NCBI RefSeq assembly: GCF_002113885.1
Contig: NW_018408759.1
Coordinates: 230,707 to 293,495, forward strand
Reading direction: 5' to 3'
DNA from: Mizuhopecten yessoensis
Taxonomy: Eukaryota
DNA: 62,789 nt
Shown: positions 43,001 to 54,119 of the stretch, in pieces
How positions within the stretch are numbered: position 1 is the first letter of the stretch
Layout: every line of letters starts with the position of its first letter
The notes under the pieces: generated by a model
The model's database searches: none
What the model was told of the DNA's origin: nothing
What the model saw: only the letters and a program-made list of their open reading frames with translations
Translations under genes and position numbers: made by a program

Positions 43001-46000
43001 AACTTACTTTTCTGGGAGCTGTATTACCCCCTTAACTTTCTTTTCTGGGAGCTGTAGCACCATCTTAACTTACTTTTCTGGGAACTGTAGTACCACCTTA
43101 ACTTACTTTTCTGGGAGCTGTAGCACCATCTTAACTTACTTTTCTGGGAGCTGTAGCACCATCTTAACTTACTTTTCTGGGAGCTGTAGCACCACCTTAA
43201 CTTACTTTTCTGGGAGCTGTAGCACCATCTTAACTTACTTTTCTGGGAGCTGTAGCACCATCTTAACTCACTTTTCTGGGAACTGTAGCACCATCTTAAC
43301 TTACTTTTCTGGGAGCTGGGGGTTACCAATCACCATACACCGGTCTTGACTGGATACCTGCTCAAACTGTGTGACACATTGACTTGAGGTGGTTATGTCA
43401 GTACCAGTCGATGTCTTTGTGGTAAGAGTGGAGTAGTTGTGGATGTTGAGCATTTTGTCTGGGAGGACAGGATAGCCCACCACTGGTGGTGCTGTTCCCT
43501 GGCCCACAGGTTTCAGTGTCCCCACAGGTAAGTGTTGGAGACTGGCTGACTCAGTGCCAGAAAACTCGGAGATTCCAGGTAAGATCTGTGTGGACTGTCG
43601 TGTCACATTTTTGCTTACTTCATCTGACAACTTTGTGTTGTTTCTGACTGGAGTCTTTACCCTTGACATACTGGATGTCACTAGCCGAGGGTTGGAAACC
43701 TTTTTAAGGTCAAAAAGGTCCTCCGACGATGACACACTGGAGCTTTCACCTGGAGTTGTACTAGCAGATGGCATCATAAGTGACAACACCTTAGTGAGGC
43801 CACCCTTTCGTGCTTGAGTCCGCTCAAACTCCAAGTCATCCTTGGCTCGTAGGTGATTCAGTTCATTGTTTACAACTTTCTCCAAAGCTAGTAGGCTGGG
43901 GAGGTAGGTAATACGGAATCTGTCATATAAATACCTAAAAGTAATAACCAGGGAGAATACATTACATAGCAACCATATCAATGTGGAATGTGGATGACAA
44001 ACTAGATTACTAATCCTGTAAGTGACCAAAGTGACAGTGGGATGTGTGATACAGGTTACCAGTCAGAAACAGTTGGCTATGTGGATGAAGGTTACCAAGG
44101 TTCCAGTGGGGTATGTGGATGTATGTTACCACAGTAACATTGGGGTATGTAGATGTATGTTACCACAGTAACAGTGGGGTGTGTGGATGCATGTTACCAC
44201 AGTAACAGTGGGGTATGTGGATGTATGTTACCACAATAACAGTGGGGTGTGTGGATGTACCATAGTAACAGTGGAATGTGTGGATGCATGTTACCACAGT
44301 AACAGTGGGGTGTGTGGATGTATGTTACCACAGTAACAGTGGGGTGTGTGGATGTATATGCTACCACAGTAACATTGGGGTATGTAGATGTATGTTACCA
44401 CAGTAACAGTGGCGTATGTGGATGTATGTTACCACAGTAACAATGGGGTAAATGGATGTATGTTACCACAGTAACAGTGGGTTATGTGGATGTATGTTAC
44501 CCCAGTAACAGTGGGGTATGTGGATGAATGTTACCCCAGTAACTGTGGGGTATGTGGATGTATGTTACCACAGGAACAGTGGGTGATGTGGATGTATGTT
44601 ACCACAGTAACAGGGGGTATGTAGATGAATGTTACCACAGTAACAGTGGGGTATGTGGATGAATGTTACCCCAGTAACTGTGGGGTATGTGGATGTATGT
44701 TACCACAGGAACAGTGGGGTATGTGGATGTATGTTACCCCAGTAACAGTGGGGTATGTGGATGTATGTTTCCACAGTAACAGTGGGGTATGTAGATGTAT
44801 GTTACCACAGTAACAGTGGCGTATATGGAAGTATTTTACCACAGTAACATTGGGGTATGTAGATGTATGTTACCACAGTAACAGTGGGGTGTGTGGATGC
44901 ATGTTACCACAGTAACAGTGGGGTATGTGGATGTATGTTACCACAGGAACAGTGGGTTATGTGGATGTATGTTACCACAGTAACAGTGGCATATGTGGAT
45001 GTATATTACCACAGTAACAGTGGGGTATGTGGATGTATGTTACCACAGTAACAGTGGGTTATATGGATGTATGTTACCACAGTAACAGTGGGTTATGTGG
45101 ATGTATGTTACCACAGAAACAGTGGTGTATGTGGATGTATGTTACCACAGTAACATTGGGGTATGTAGATGTATGTTACCACAGTAACAGTGGGGTATGT
45201 GGATGGATGTTACCACAGTAACAGTGGGTTATATGGATGTATGTTACCACAGTAACAGTGGGTTATGTGTATGTATGTTACCACAGAAACAGTGGTGTAT
45301 GTGGATGTATGTTACCACAGTAACATTGGGGGATGTAGATGTATGTTACCACAGTAACAGTGGCGTATGTAGATGTATGTTACCACAGTAACATTGGGGG
45401 ATGTAGATGTATGTTACCACAGTAACAGTGGGATATATGGAAGTATGTTACCACAGTAACATTGGGGTATGTACATGTATGTTACCACAGTAACAGTGGT
45501 GTATGTAGATGTATGTTACCACAGTAACAGTGGCGTATGTGGATGTATGTTACCACAGTTACAGTGGGGTATGTGGATGTATGTTACCACAGTAACGGTG
45601 GGGTATGTAGATGTATGGTACCACAGTAACATTGGGGTATGTAGATGTATGTTACCACAGTAACATTGGGGGATGTAGATGTATGTTACCACAGTAACAG
45701 TGGGGTATATGGATGTATGTTACCACAGTAACAGTGGGGTCTGTGGATGTATGTTACCACAGTAACAGTGGGGTATGTGGATGAATGTTACCACAGTAAC
45801 AGTGGGGTATGTGGATGAATGTTACCACAGTAACAGTGGGGTATGTGGATGAATGTTACAACAGTAACAGTGGGGTATGTGGATGTATGTTACCACAGTA
45901 ACAGTGGAGTATATGGAACTATGTTACCACAGTAACAGTGGGGTATGTGGATGAATGTTACCACAGTAACATTGGTGTATGTAGATGTATGTTACCACCG

Positions 46001-49000
46001 TAACAGTGGCGTATGTACATGTATGTTACCACAGGAACATTGGGGTATGTAGATGTATGTTACCAAGGAGACATTAGGACAGTGCATGAGTACCTTGAGT
46101 ACCAATCCTGTAGGATACCAAAAGGACAGTGGTGGAGTTGTTTGTCCGGAATGATGATGAGTTGACTCTTGGGGTCGAGCTTTATCAGAATATCCTCCAC
46201 TGGGGCCAGCAGAAGATCAAACAGTCTGCGAGCCGGTGTCTTTAGAGGTTTGTCTGTGGATGCTTCGTCCTCGGACCTGGTCTTTTTTAAATCACTGACA
46301 GATTTCCCCAACATCAAGTTTCTTTTTCGCACTAAGTCTAATTCAAGATCTTTTGGAGGCAAGCATCTGTTCTCACATGAGTTTTGTATAGACTTACGGT
46401 CTGTATAGGTCCTCAGTTCATCTAGGATGTCTTTAACCTACAAGATCAATCAAGTACCTCTTTTCAAAGAAAATATTGAAATTATTCATCCATTAATTCA
46501 TCTTAAGTATGAAGCTTCCAGATGACACAAGGAAAGAATATCATATATTGACCTCGAGTGTTAACCATTGCCACAATTTACTAAGTTGTAGCCATGATAA
46601 TAATTAGTAATTACATCACCAATCAATAATAATAAGTGGCCACATGATAATAATTAGCAAATACATCACCAATCAATAATAATAAGTGGCCACATGATAA
46701 TAATTAATAATTACATCACCAATCAATAATACTAAGTGGCCACATGATAATAATGCATGTGCAAAAGATGCCACAAGTTAACACATCTTGGCAAGGAAAT
46801 AATAAGGACTTCTATATTTAAACTTTCATGAATGATTGATGGAGGACTTTACATCTTACAACAGCTAAGGTTATTGATGATATTGATCTCTTTCAGATGT
46901 ATCAGACATGAAGGCACTAGAAGAAAAACTTAAATTTAACAAGGGTTCCCATATAGTCATGTCAGCTTTGATAAAGACATAACAGTTACTTTATACCATT
47001 CTAAACCACCTTGGGACATGGCCTTTAATTCTTAAACTAAATAGTTGCTTGCTTCAGGTTGACCCACTTACCCTAATGGCCTATCCCTGATAGTTTTGAT
47101 GCAAATTTTAGCCAAGCAATGCTAAAATCACTATCCTTGTTTTAAACTGTAGGTAAAATGATACCGTGAAACGAAAAAAAGGTTCCTTTATCTACCGACT
47201 ATAGATGAAACCAGAAACACTTCCTGCTGTTTACTTGTTCAGACCTTATGACAACATCTTCACATTAAGTGAATACACTTTGAAGTTATAGAAATGCTAC
47301 TGACCTGCTGCACCATGTCTGTGTTGTCCTCTGCCTTGCGAGAATAGAATCTGACGATGCCCTGACCTGGAGCCAGCACCCACAGTAACAGGTGACTGTT
47401 GATGAGGGAGTAATACAGCACATAAGCACTCTGTTGGCTCACCACTCGATTCATACGGTCAAGATTCCATACCTCAAGCACTGACCCATGACTGGTCAGC
47501 CCCAAAGAGAGTGAGGCCAGATAGCCAGCCTGCTGGGTCAGGTGACGTCGTCTGTACATCTCTGCAAATTGTAGACATTCCTGTTTGCTGCCAAGCTTGG
47601 CGAGAACACATTGCATTCCGTCATAGCACTGGACCAGCTGCTGGTGGTACTCCACAGGACAGTGAGTGTCCTCATCTTGATGCTCACGTATTTTCATTTC
47701 CAAAAATGGAATCAGTTTTGAAAAATACTTCCTAGCTAGCTCAATGTCCATCATTTGTGTGGAATGTTGTTTGATACAGGCTAAACTGAACTCACAGAGT
47801 GTCTGAATGTCAGAGTATAAGTAGTCCTGAGCCAGGTTGTATGCCTGTTCATAGTAATGCATGCTGTACTGGTTCCTCTTGAGTTCACGGAAGGCATTTC
47901 CCATTTTACACAAAGCAGTAGCTTTTCCACGATAATCGGTTCGTAAGCATGTGTTAGACATAGCCTCATAGTGCTGGACAGCTGCCTCACAATCCCCCTT
48001 CAACATGTATGTGTCAGCCAACATTTCTCTGGAGATTGTCATCATTTTGGTGTCTTTTGATTTGTCGGCTATTGAGATGTATTGCTCATGATAAGTAATT
48101 GACAGCTTCCAGTTGCGCAGTGCTGCATACACAGTGCCCAGGCACCCATAGGCCTGAGCCATCCCTTTTTTATCCCCAGCTTGTTTAGAGTTTTTTAGAT
48201 ACATTTCATAATTTTTCAAAGCTTCCCTGTAATTTCCTAGAATTTCATTGAGCATGCCTGCATTGTGAAAAGACTCGCCAATTATCTTGCCAGTCATGTT
48301 GTACTTGTCAAGTAGGCTTGTGTATTGCCTAGCATGTACTACAGCACAGTGCATGTTACCAATAGACTTGTAGGCTATGCTAAGATTCAGATGGAGACCA
48401 CACTGAAGTTCCCGAGTCCAAAAGTCAGGGATGTGGTCCTCCGTCCCAAACTCCTCAATAAGTTCTGACTCGAGATGCAATAACTTTTCATAGTACACTA
48501 TAGCCTGATGTAGATCTCCACTTTCCAAGTATAAGGTGGCAATGTTTACTAGTGCTTTGGTCTGATAGATCTGTTCGTGGGTGGCGATGGCCGTGGACAA
48601 GCACTCCTGGTACAAACTTATTGCCTGTTCACTATGCTTCATAGCAGAGTGAGCATTCGCCATGGTCAGTAACACACGCATGGTAATGCCCTTCTGATTT
48701 GTTTGGAACTTCTGGGCAGATTCAAGCACTTTAACACAAACATCAAACTTCTTAGCCTGGAACAGACATACACCAACCTCACTCAGCTTCTTGTAGGCAT
48801 CCATATCTGTGAAATAAATAGAAACATATAAAGATCTATAACATCTGGCTTTCTACCTACAGTACAACCCCAAACAAACAAACTTTAGGAAACTGATTTA
48901 ATATGAAATACAATGTAGCTCCTTTTCATTAAAAGTTTCTTTATAATTATCTAAAACATACTTTCAAAATAAAATTTGAATAACTAAGAGTCTTGTTTAA

Positions 49001-50757
49001 TTATAAATATTTTTTGAGAGAAATGCAATTTAGTTGAGGACCAGATGTGAGATAGTAAACTTGTACAAATATTACCAAGTAATGATTCTGCCAAGTCTAT
49101 AGACAGATTACAGATGTTGCCAACCACAGCAGCAATGTGATCTGTGATGTCCTCAGCATTGTCAGGGTCAAGATCAAGGGCTGTCAGCAAGGCATTAATG
49201 GACTCTCGATTGTGTTGCATGTGGAAGAGAGTTATCCCTTGCAATTTGTATATCTGTGTGTAACACAAAATGTAGAAACAAACTACATATAGTTTCTTCA
49301 ACACATGAGTAGTCTTGATTGTAGAATTATGTGTTCAATTTGAACTTTTGCTCTGCAGATACAATTTATCAAATTACAAATATAATAAACAGACTTTACT
49401 TTTTAAGCCTCAAATTCTAACAAATCTACAAAGCTATCAACCAGAACTGAAGAACTTGGCATTTGATTTAGAAATACAAATCCCACATTTTGGAGAAGAG
49501 TGGAAATAATTTATCTTATCAGTTTGATATGGTATTAATACCAAGTGTTTTAGTCAATGGAATTTGAACACAAGTCACAGGCGAATTGTGTGTATGTTTA
49601 CACATCACTTTCCAGCCAGTGTTTTAATGCTTCTAACCCAACTTAAACTTCTCACCATGTTATTTTCATAATGTATAATAATTTGATTTACAAGCAAAAT
49701 TATCAGTTACATGTGTGTTGCTTATATTATGATAGAGGTGACACAGATATTACAGATCAAGTCTGGATGCCATTTAACCCTTTCACCCCAATGTAACTTT
49801 AGTGGAATCTACCATGCATTGATCTGGATGAGTCCATTATGGTCTACAGTAGTGAAAGGGTTAAGCCTACCTCTGGGTTGTCTGCCTCAATCAAGATCAT
49901 CTGTTCCGTGTCCCGTAGAGCCCTGATGAAGTCTCCCTCCTCGAGATAGGCAGCTGTTCGAGCCATCAATACCTCCACGTTTCTGTCATCTATTTCCAAA
50001 GCCTCATTGTAAAGTTTTATGGCCTCCCCATAGTCATGGATATGCATGGCTTCATCTCCTCTTTCCTTTAGTGTTTTCACCTATAAATACAACATTAATC
50101 ATTACTGAACATAGTGATTCATGAATTAGTATTAATAATGTTAATGTTCTTATAGTCTGGATCTGGATAGGTACGTCGCAGAACCTGTTAAGGTATAAAC
50201 GCGACGGGGGAGAGAGTGCTGTCCTAGGTACTAGTCCTTCGGCCTGAGGGCTGTCGTAGGTACTAGTCCTTCGGCCTGAGGGCTGTCGTGGGTACTAGTC
50301 CTTCGGCCTGAGGGCTGTCTTAAAAGGTAGCCATAGAGCTTGCACACATAACTTTGTCTGGAAGTTTGTTCCACTCCAGAGTGGTGGATGGGGAAAAGGA
50401 GTTTTTGAAAAGTTCAGTATTGCACACTGTTGATTTGAAGCATTTAGAGTTGATAACAAATGGTTTTCGACTATGTTTTTGGTGTCACATAGTATTGTTG
50501 TGTATGATAGTTCAATCCACAGCAACATTTTATTCCATTGATTGTATATGTTTTTCGTAAAGGTGGATACATGCATCAACGAAGTTTAATCATTTTCGTG
50601 ACTGTTATCCTAAAAGTTAGAAACCAAAACTATGTTTAAAACCGGCTTTTACCTCCAGGAGTTCCTCTGCTTCACTGATAGGCTCACTGCCCTCGGCCAG
50701 ACTTGGCATGCTGAAGCTGTGTGACAGGCTGGTTCCAAAGTGACTCCCCCGCTCCAT
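18800..50757 (-). CDS. TTC28-like: Tetratricopeptide repeat protein 28-like (TPR array + CHAT domain + C-terminal PUB-like region), 19 coding exons, ~1615 aa
   Basis: Exons (minus): 50653-50757, 49871-50080, 49076-49253, 47305-48806, 46094-46437, 43305-43934, 42393-42562, 41955-42179, 41252-41399, 40757-40929, 35390-35493, 34800-35025, 33006-33091, 26612-26769, 26199-26319, 25918-25983, 24815-24891, 24260-24338, 18800-19045. All are GT-AG with matching phases, total 4848 nt. TPR motifs (AYGCLG, ALCKMG) and CHAT motifs LFDLLLAP, LIIIPD..LHHCPF, VIGNP, G.EATK, VLHIATYG, LVTLN, FLAAGA..V...W, YFWSPFVLVG are present. Confidence 0.88.
22784..23630 (+). mobile_element. Helentron-associated (HINE-like) non-autonomous element with internal ~305-bp tandem repeat
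   Basis: Starts aacaagaggcccagaggcc...gctcacctg; has a duplicated tgacctttgacc-rich core and a (ggacgcc)n microsatellite near the 3' end, the layout of bivalve HINE/pearl-type elements. Confidence 0.65.
24260..24338 (-). CDS. TTC28-like exon 18
   Basis: tgtttacAG...GTAAG; KSDLDERYTDYQERARTWHQITVVAQ. Confidence 0.75.
24472..24726. repeat. ~30-bp minisatellite
   Basis: cacacatttacaggtaagacattttcc(c)a(a/g) repeated about 8 times; degenerate copies extend to the exon-18 acceptor. Confidence 0.9.
24815..24891 (-). CDS. TTC28-like exon 17
   Basis: cattAG...GTATGT; LRMSTPWLSRAEKADEMDEKIKLAR. Confidence 0.75.
24985..25690 (+). mobile_element. Second HINE-like element with ~160-bp internal repeats
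   Basis: Repeats of aacaaagggccata...gacccg; (gaa)n/(agaacc)n microsatellite; 3' palindrome tgtctcccttc-attt-gaagggaagaca. Confidence 0.65.
25918..25983 (-). CDS. TTC28-like exon 16
   Basis: tttttcAG...GTAAAC; PTMLQEIGRLPSLTPLLLPRNQ. Confidence 0.75.
26199..26319 (-). CDS. TTC28-like exon 15
   Basis: ctcctctAG...GTACAT; TLLTAALQLFLALSAYKSQVLLYRLDVNLLGKPGTTKVIK. Confidence 0.75.
26612..26769 (-). CDS. TTC28-like exon 14
   Basis: tttttcAG...GTAAG; MSITKHAPEIQLKVNDLSVRPLWQNPSVKKTLNAIGFHQIGLLLNFNRTPLN. Confidence 0.8.
27100..27422. repeat. 40-bp minisatellite, 8 copies
   Basis: aaaagtgtgtcaaggtaagtctgacagtcccacacactgt. Confidence 0.95.
27678..30783. repeat. 25-bp minisatellite, ~125 copies, heterogeneous, with higher-order blocks
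   Basis: acatagaacaacagacccacctg(t/a)t; source of the many spurious minus-strand ORFs at 27859-30754. Confidence 0.97.
31050..31590 (+). mobile_element. Degenerate HINE-like element related to the one at 22784-23630
   Basis: tttaacacatttgaccc...gaccttgaa motifs; 3' end ...caggtgggctaaaa. Confidence 0.45.
31607..32958. repeat. Composite array: ~46-bp unit (31607-32490) grading into a 16-bp unit (32490-32958)
   Basis: gtgtaattgtagtacacttactgtatataacagtgaacttgttc, then gaagatttgggcctgt; both share an interspersed ctgtagcagtaaatgatt block. Confidence 0.92.
33006..33091 (-). CDS. TTC28-like exon 13
   Basis: gtttcAG...GTAGG; EITKETTCTERIYNMLPLSQDTISLIIDL. Confidence 0.78.
34800..35025 (-). CDS. 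TTC28-like exon 12 (PUB-like segment)
   Basis: tctctAG...GTAAG; LDSSLKRL...GGLDLLKCLGFHFQ...YDALRAVS. Confidence 0.82.
35390..35493 (-). CDS. TTC28-like exon 11
   Basis: ttgtttacAG...GTAAG; VPVREEHLLTLQSLLGTVLYHHSKQPQVVPELIDL. Confidence 0.82.
35493..40566. repeat. 51-bp (29+22 dimer) satellite filling intron 10; near-perfect core at ~35641-39455
   Basis: actgtaaacaacataaacatatactgat plus actgtaaacaacaggataatgac; on the minus strand each subunit ends in TTGTTTACAG, identical to the exon-11 acceptor. Confidence 0.98.
40757..40929 (-). CDS. TTC28-like exon 10 (end of CHAT)
   Basis: FSEVYFWSPFVLVGKD... CHAT terminal motif; missed by the ORF track. Confidence 0.88.
41252..41399 (-). CDS. TTC28-like exon 9 (CHAT)
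   Basis: GAECVLLHTWPLPNEAVNKFYFHFYAKLQTG... Confidence 0.88.
41442..41589. repeat. 49-bp perfect tandem triplication
   Basis: attaatactgtggcacaaacctcacaaagtacatacaatctaaataccc x3, 40 bp from the exon-9 acceptor. Confidence 0.95.
41955..42179 (-). CDS. TTC28-like exon 8 (CHAT catalytic-site region)
   Basis: ATYGCYKEGLLVF...LVTVEDILDLKLSAQLVTLNVG...GYELASAFLAA. Confidence 0.9.
42393..42562 (-). CDS. TTC28-like exon 7 (CHAT)
   Basis: LDWACRECKTVASYL...MGREATKARFL...ATVLHI. Confidence 0.9.
42860..43318. repeat. 33-bp minisatellite, ~14 copies, whose unit spans the exon-6 splice donor
   Basis: Minus-strand unit CAGCTCCCAGAAAA|GTAAGTTAAGATGGTGCTA. Confidence 0.96.
43305..43934 (-). CDS. TTC28-like exon 6 (CHAT with Ser/Thr-rich insert)
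   Basis: YLYDRFRITYLPSL...CMVIGNPQLPEK; ttttAG and GTAAGT. Confidence 0.9.
44030..46065. repeat. 34-bp minisatellite, ~60 copies, occupying almost all of intron 5
   Basis: gttaccacagtaacagtggggtatgtggatgtat; internal hairpin tgttac-caca-gtaaca. Confidence 0.97.
46094..46437 (-). CDS. TTC28-like exon 5 (start of CHAT)
   Basis: VKDILDELR...RRLFDLLLAPVED...LIIIPDKQLHHCPFGILQD. Confidence 0.9.
46592..46755. repeat. ~49-bp tandem triplication
   Basis: catgataataattagtaattacatcaccaatcaataataataagtggcca x3. Confidence 0.9.
47305..48806 (-). CDS. TTC28-like exon 4 (TPR array)
   Basis: 500-codon open exon with multiple TPRs, followed by VLYYSL...LLLWVL, the pre-CHAT motif. Confidence 0.95.
49076..49253 (-). 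CDS. TTC28-like exon 3 (TPR)
   Basis: IYKLQGITLFHMQHNRESINALLTALDLDPDN. Confidence 0.88.
49871..50080 (-). CDS. TTC28-like exon 2 (TPR)
   Basis: LKERGDEAM...DYGEAIKLYNEALEID...RTAAYLEEGDFIRALRD. Confidence 0.92.
50218..50318. repeat. 32-bp GC-rich tandem triplication
   Basis: gtactagtccttcggcctgagggctgtcgtag x3. Confidence 0.9.
50653..50757 (-). CDS. TTC28-like exon 1 (first coding exon)
   Basis: ATG at 50757; MERGSHFGTSLSHSFSMPSLAEGSEPISEAEELLE|GTAAAAG, phase 0 into exon 2; an upstream tttccAG acceptor at 50810-50811 suggests a non-coding exon further 5'. Confidence 0.7.
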
Positions 50758-52175
50758 AGTGTGCTGCTTTATTCTCAGCTACTACGTATGGTGATAACTG
50801 AAGTCCATTCTGGAAATCGTACAATTGCAATTAAACATGATCAGCTTATAGATCTGTGTTTCTGTTTTGTCAATTTGTGTTCGTGTTACACTGTTACAGT
50901 TTAACAACAATTTAATATTTTGTTTACCCATGGCCTCGATTTGCTACTAACTCTGTGGTATCGACAATACTAAAGTATTTTAGATTGTGCACGCCTTTAA
51001 TTATTTCTACAGTAGCTATTATAGAAAGTCAATTTATAAGTGCTTGTCAGTGATAGTTTGAGCAAGTGCTTGTTCCGTCGTGGCACATAATTGGGTCATA
51101 ACATGGGCATAAAGGTGTAAATTGAATTGCAAACAGGTGGAATAAATTATCAAGAATATTCCTTATGATATTATACTACCTCTATATTAAGGCATTTCTG
51201 TCAGCTCGTGTCAAACCCCCATAACAAGACATGGTCTAGTTCCTTCAAAACTACCGGAAGTCTTCGTTACTATACACAACATTACAATCGTACTGCGCTC
51301 GAACCAGTAATGAAGCACCAACCGAACCTAAAGCTGCCGAAGTTATTGCATCGCCGTATAGGCCTAAATGTACGCTATCATTTGGAATTAAGTTAAATCA
51401 CAGGACAAAGGCATCAGAACAGAATAAATATCTTCAAAAATATCGAACGTTTGTATTGAATATTATATTTAGGTATAATTGGACCATCTCATCTGGTCAA
51501 GTTCAGTGCAACACCACTGAACACTGAACTAAAAATCAACCTAAACACAATTCTATATTGGAACATTGATTGGTTTGATACATTGTGCGTATCTGGCGGA
51601 AAAAAACAACTCATTTAGTTAATTGATTTGAAATCTCGTTTTACCAGGGTTGTCATTGTATTTTTCATTTTTAGCCAAAGTCAAAACGCAAATCAGAATA
51701 GTATGAGTATATGGATCGAATGAAATTAACGTCAACATCAATCAAACGTTCTGTTTAGTGCATTTTAAAGAAATGTAAATCCTAACACACAGTACCAACG
51801 TGCAACTGAATAATACTGTTATTGCAGGAACTCATTTTTGTGTACAACCCGGCATAGACTGGAATCACATGGAGGAGGATTTGGTGTGTGCCCCTACTTT
51901 GGAGGCATTAAGAGTGCTATAACGCACCAAAAACTAACGTGAACTGCTCTTTCTCCCACAACCACTGTAGATTTCCTCACTCCCAACTCATTAAACACTC
52001 TGGACGTGATTTCATTTGTCAATCTTTGTTTTATGACGTCACGTACAATGCTTTCGACGTCATTTTCCATTGTGACGTCATGCTCCATAGCACCTGTTTC
52101 CCCCATCGGAAACACACGTGATGTATTTTCCAATTGAAAAATTTGGTTTTTCATGTTAAATACGAACGTTAAGGA

Positions 52176-52324
52176 GAAATAACAGTTCCCAAACACGTGA
52201 TGATTAGTTATCACGTTTATCTAACTCTCGTTAGTTAATTTTCAAATTGTAAAAGACCCTCGGTAAACCTGGAGTTAGATAGACATGATAACCAACCATC
52301 ACTCGTTGGGGAACCTCTATTTCT
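52176..52324. mobile_element. Palindromic MITE-like remnant
   Basis: agaaataacagttcccaaacacgtgatgattagttatcacgtttatctaactc pairs with gagttagatagacatgataaccaaccatcactcgttggggaacctctatttct. Confidence 0.6.
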
Positions 52325-52394
52325 CTCTCTCCCCCGTTGTATAAAAACCGGAACCGGGATCTAGAAATGCAGGAAACTCTATAATTTACCATAT

Positions 52395-52890
52395 ACAGAA
52401 TTTATTCAATCTTGTTGTTAAACAAGAATATATTCCAAGAAACTGGAAACAGGGAATTATAGTAACTCTATATAAAGGTCACGGAAATCCGAAAGATGAT
52501 CCTAACAGTTATAGGGGAATAACCCTCTTGTCAGTATTTTTTTAAATGTTTGAAATGGCTATTGCAAAGAGAATTAACAATATAATAGAGTCTGATATAT
52601 TCCCAAACAAGCAACAGTCAGCATATCAGAAGAATCTATGTAGTCTTTGTACTGCGTTTAATTTGCAGGAATGTGTATATTATAATATGGAAAATGGTTC
52701 AGATGTATATATATATGTGTCGTTTTTAGATAGCGCTAATGCGTTTGATACCGTTTGGCACGACGGTCTACTATTAAAATTGTATGATATTGGCCTTACT
52801 GGTAAAGTGTGGAATATTTTAAATTATATGTACACGGATATACACAGTTCTATAATTTTTAATGGTTTAACCTCCGCACCAGTAAAGATG
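52395..52890 (+). mobile_element. LINE (non-LTR) reverse transcriptase fragment, RT domains 0-3, frameshifted
   Basis: PRNWKQGIIVTLYKG...PNSYRGITLLS/...QQSAYQK...FLDSANAFDTVWHDGLLLKL. Confidence 0.85.
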
Positions 52891-52899
52891 GAGCGTTAC

Positions 52900-53550
52900 T
52901 TTTACATATATTCAAATTGCATAACTCCCTGTACACAAACTCTTCTGAGACATGATGAAGATGAAATGTAATCCCTTTCGGGTTTCTTTAAGTACAAAAA
53001 AACCTAAACAACTTTGATATATAATGGTATAAGCCTTTACACAATGGAAGTTTTTCAACCAATTTACAAGCAACAGTAGTAAAATATTTCTGTAAAGGAA
53101 TTTTAGTCTTTGATTGTTTTTTGAATGACATTGGAGACAATTTCTTCTACAGATAAAAATCTGTCAATCATCACCCCAAGGTATTTTATAGCCGAATGAT
53201 AATTAATGATTTGACCTTTGCAAGAAACCTGAAATTTATCCTTGGGTGTTTGAATTAATTTTCTTTTTGGACCAAAAAGGATACATTCTGTTTTTCCCAG
53301 ATGTAATGATAATTTATTGTCAACAAGCCATCCATGACAGGATTCCAAAACCAAGGAGATTTTAGATGAAATTGTTTCAGGGCATTTATGTGAGAATATG
53401 ATAGCACTGTCATCCGCATAGAGAAGTAATTTACATGAATTTTCAATACTTATTTCCATGTCATTGATATTCAATCATGAACCAAAAATAAAAGTGGTCC
53501 CAACAAACTTCCTTGAGGAACCCCGCAGTTGACATTACCGACTGACGAGT
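52900..53550 (-). mobile_element. CR1/L2-type LINE RT fragment (domains 4-7) plus a duplicated pre-RT piece
   Basis: CGVPQGSLLGPLLFLV/INDM...LLLYADDS...NKLSLHLGKTECILFG...IKYLGV. Confidence 0.87.
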
Positions 53551-54119
53551 GTACCACACTGGTGCGTTCCCTGAACGCAACATATTGAGCAATAGGTAGA
53601 AACATCAAAGAGAGGGTAATCATATATGTACTATGTTTACCTGATATATTTTATCTGTAGATCTACATGTGATTATTACAGGTAAAAAGTTTGTATCATA
53701 TATGTACTATATTTACCTGTAGATCTACCTGTGACAGCTCCAACGGCTGATCTTCATCATCAATGTGAGAGAAAAGTAAGACATTGATATCAAGTGCAAT
53801 ATTTTTATTTGATAAATCCATACTTAATATCAATATATTATTTACATACATAAAATACAAATAGAACAGTGAAAGACATAATATCTTTTAAAGAATATTA
53901 AATAATGAAACTTAGTCAGTACATTACAGAGTTGTTAGTTGCATACATGAGCTCAAATATTAATAGGAAAATAACTAGACTTCAACTCACTAATATAGAG
54001 CAGTTATTGACATAGATATTACAATACGGCCATCTGCCTTATGCTGATGCATATTAAATAAAAGAATAATGACAAATCATTTCTCATACATCTCGGTGTG
54101 AAACTTGTAACAATAGATA

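Noticed and set aside
43024-43329. 101-aa SSQKSKLRWCY repeat ORF
   Set aside because: Alternative-frame translation of the 33-bp donor repeat.
44625-45663. Plus-strand repetitive ORFs
   Set aside because: Products of the 34-bp intronic minisatellite.
51894-52214. 106-aa minus-strand ORF upstream of the TTC28-like gene
   Set aside because: It overlaps MITE-like sequence, and no domain or splice support links it to the gene.
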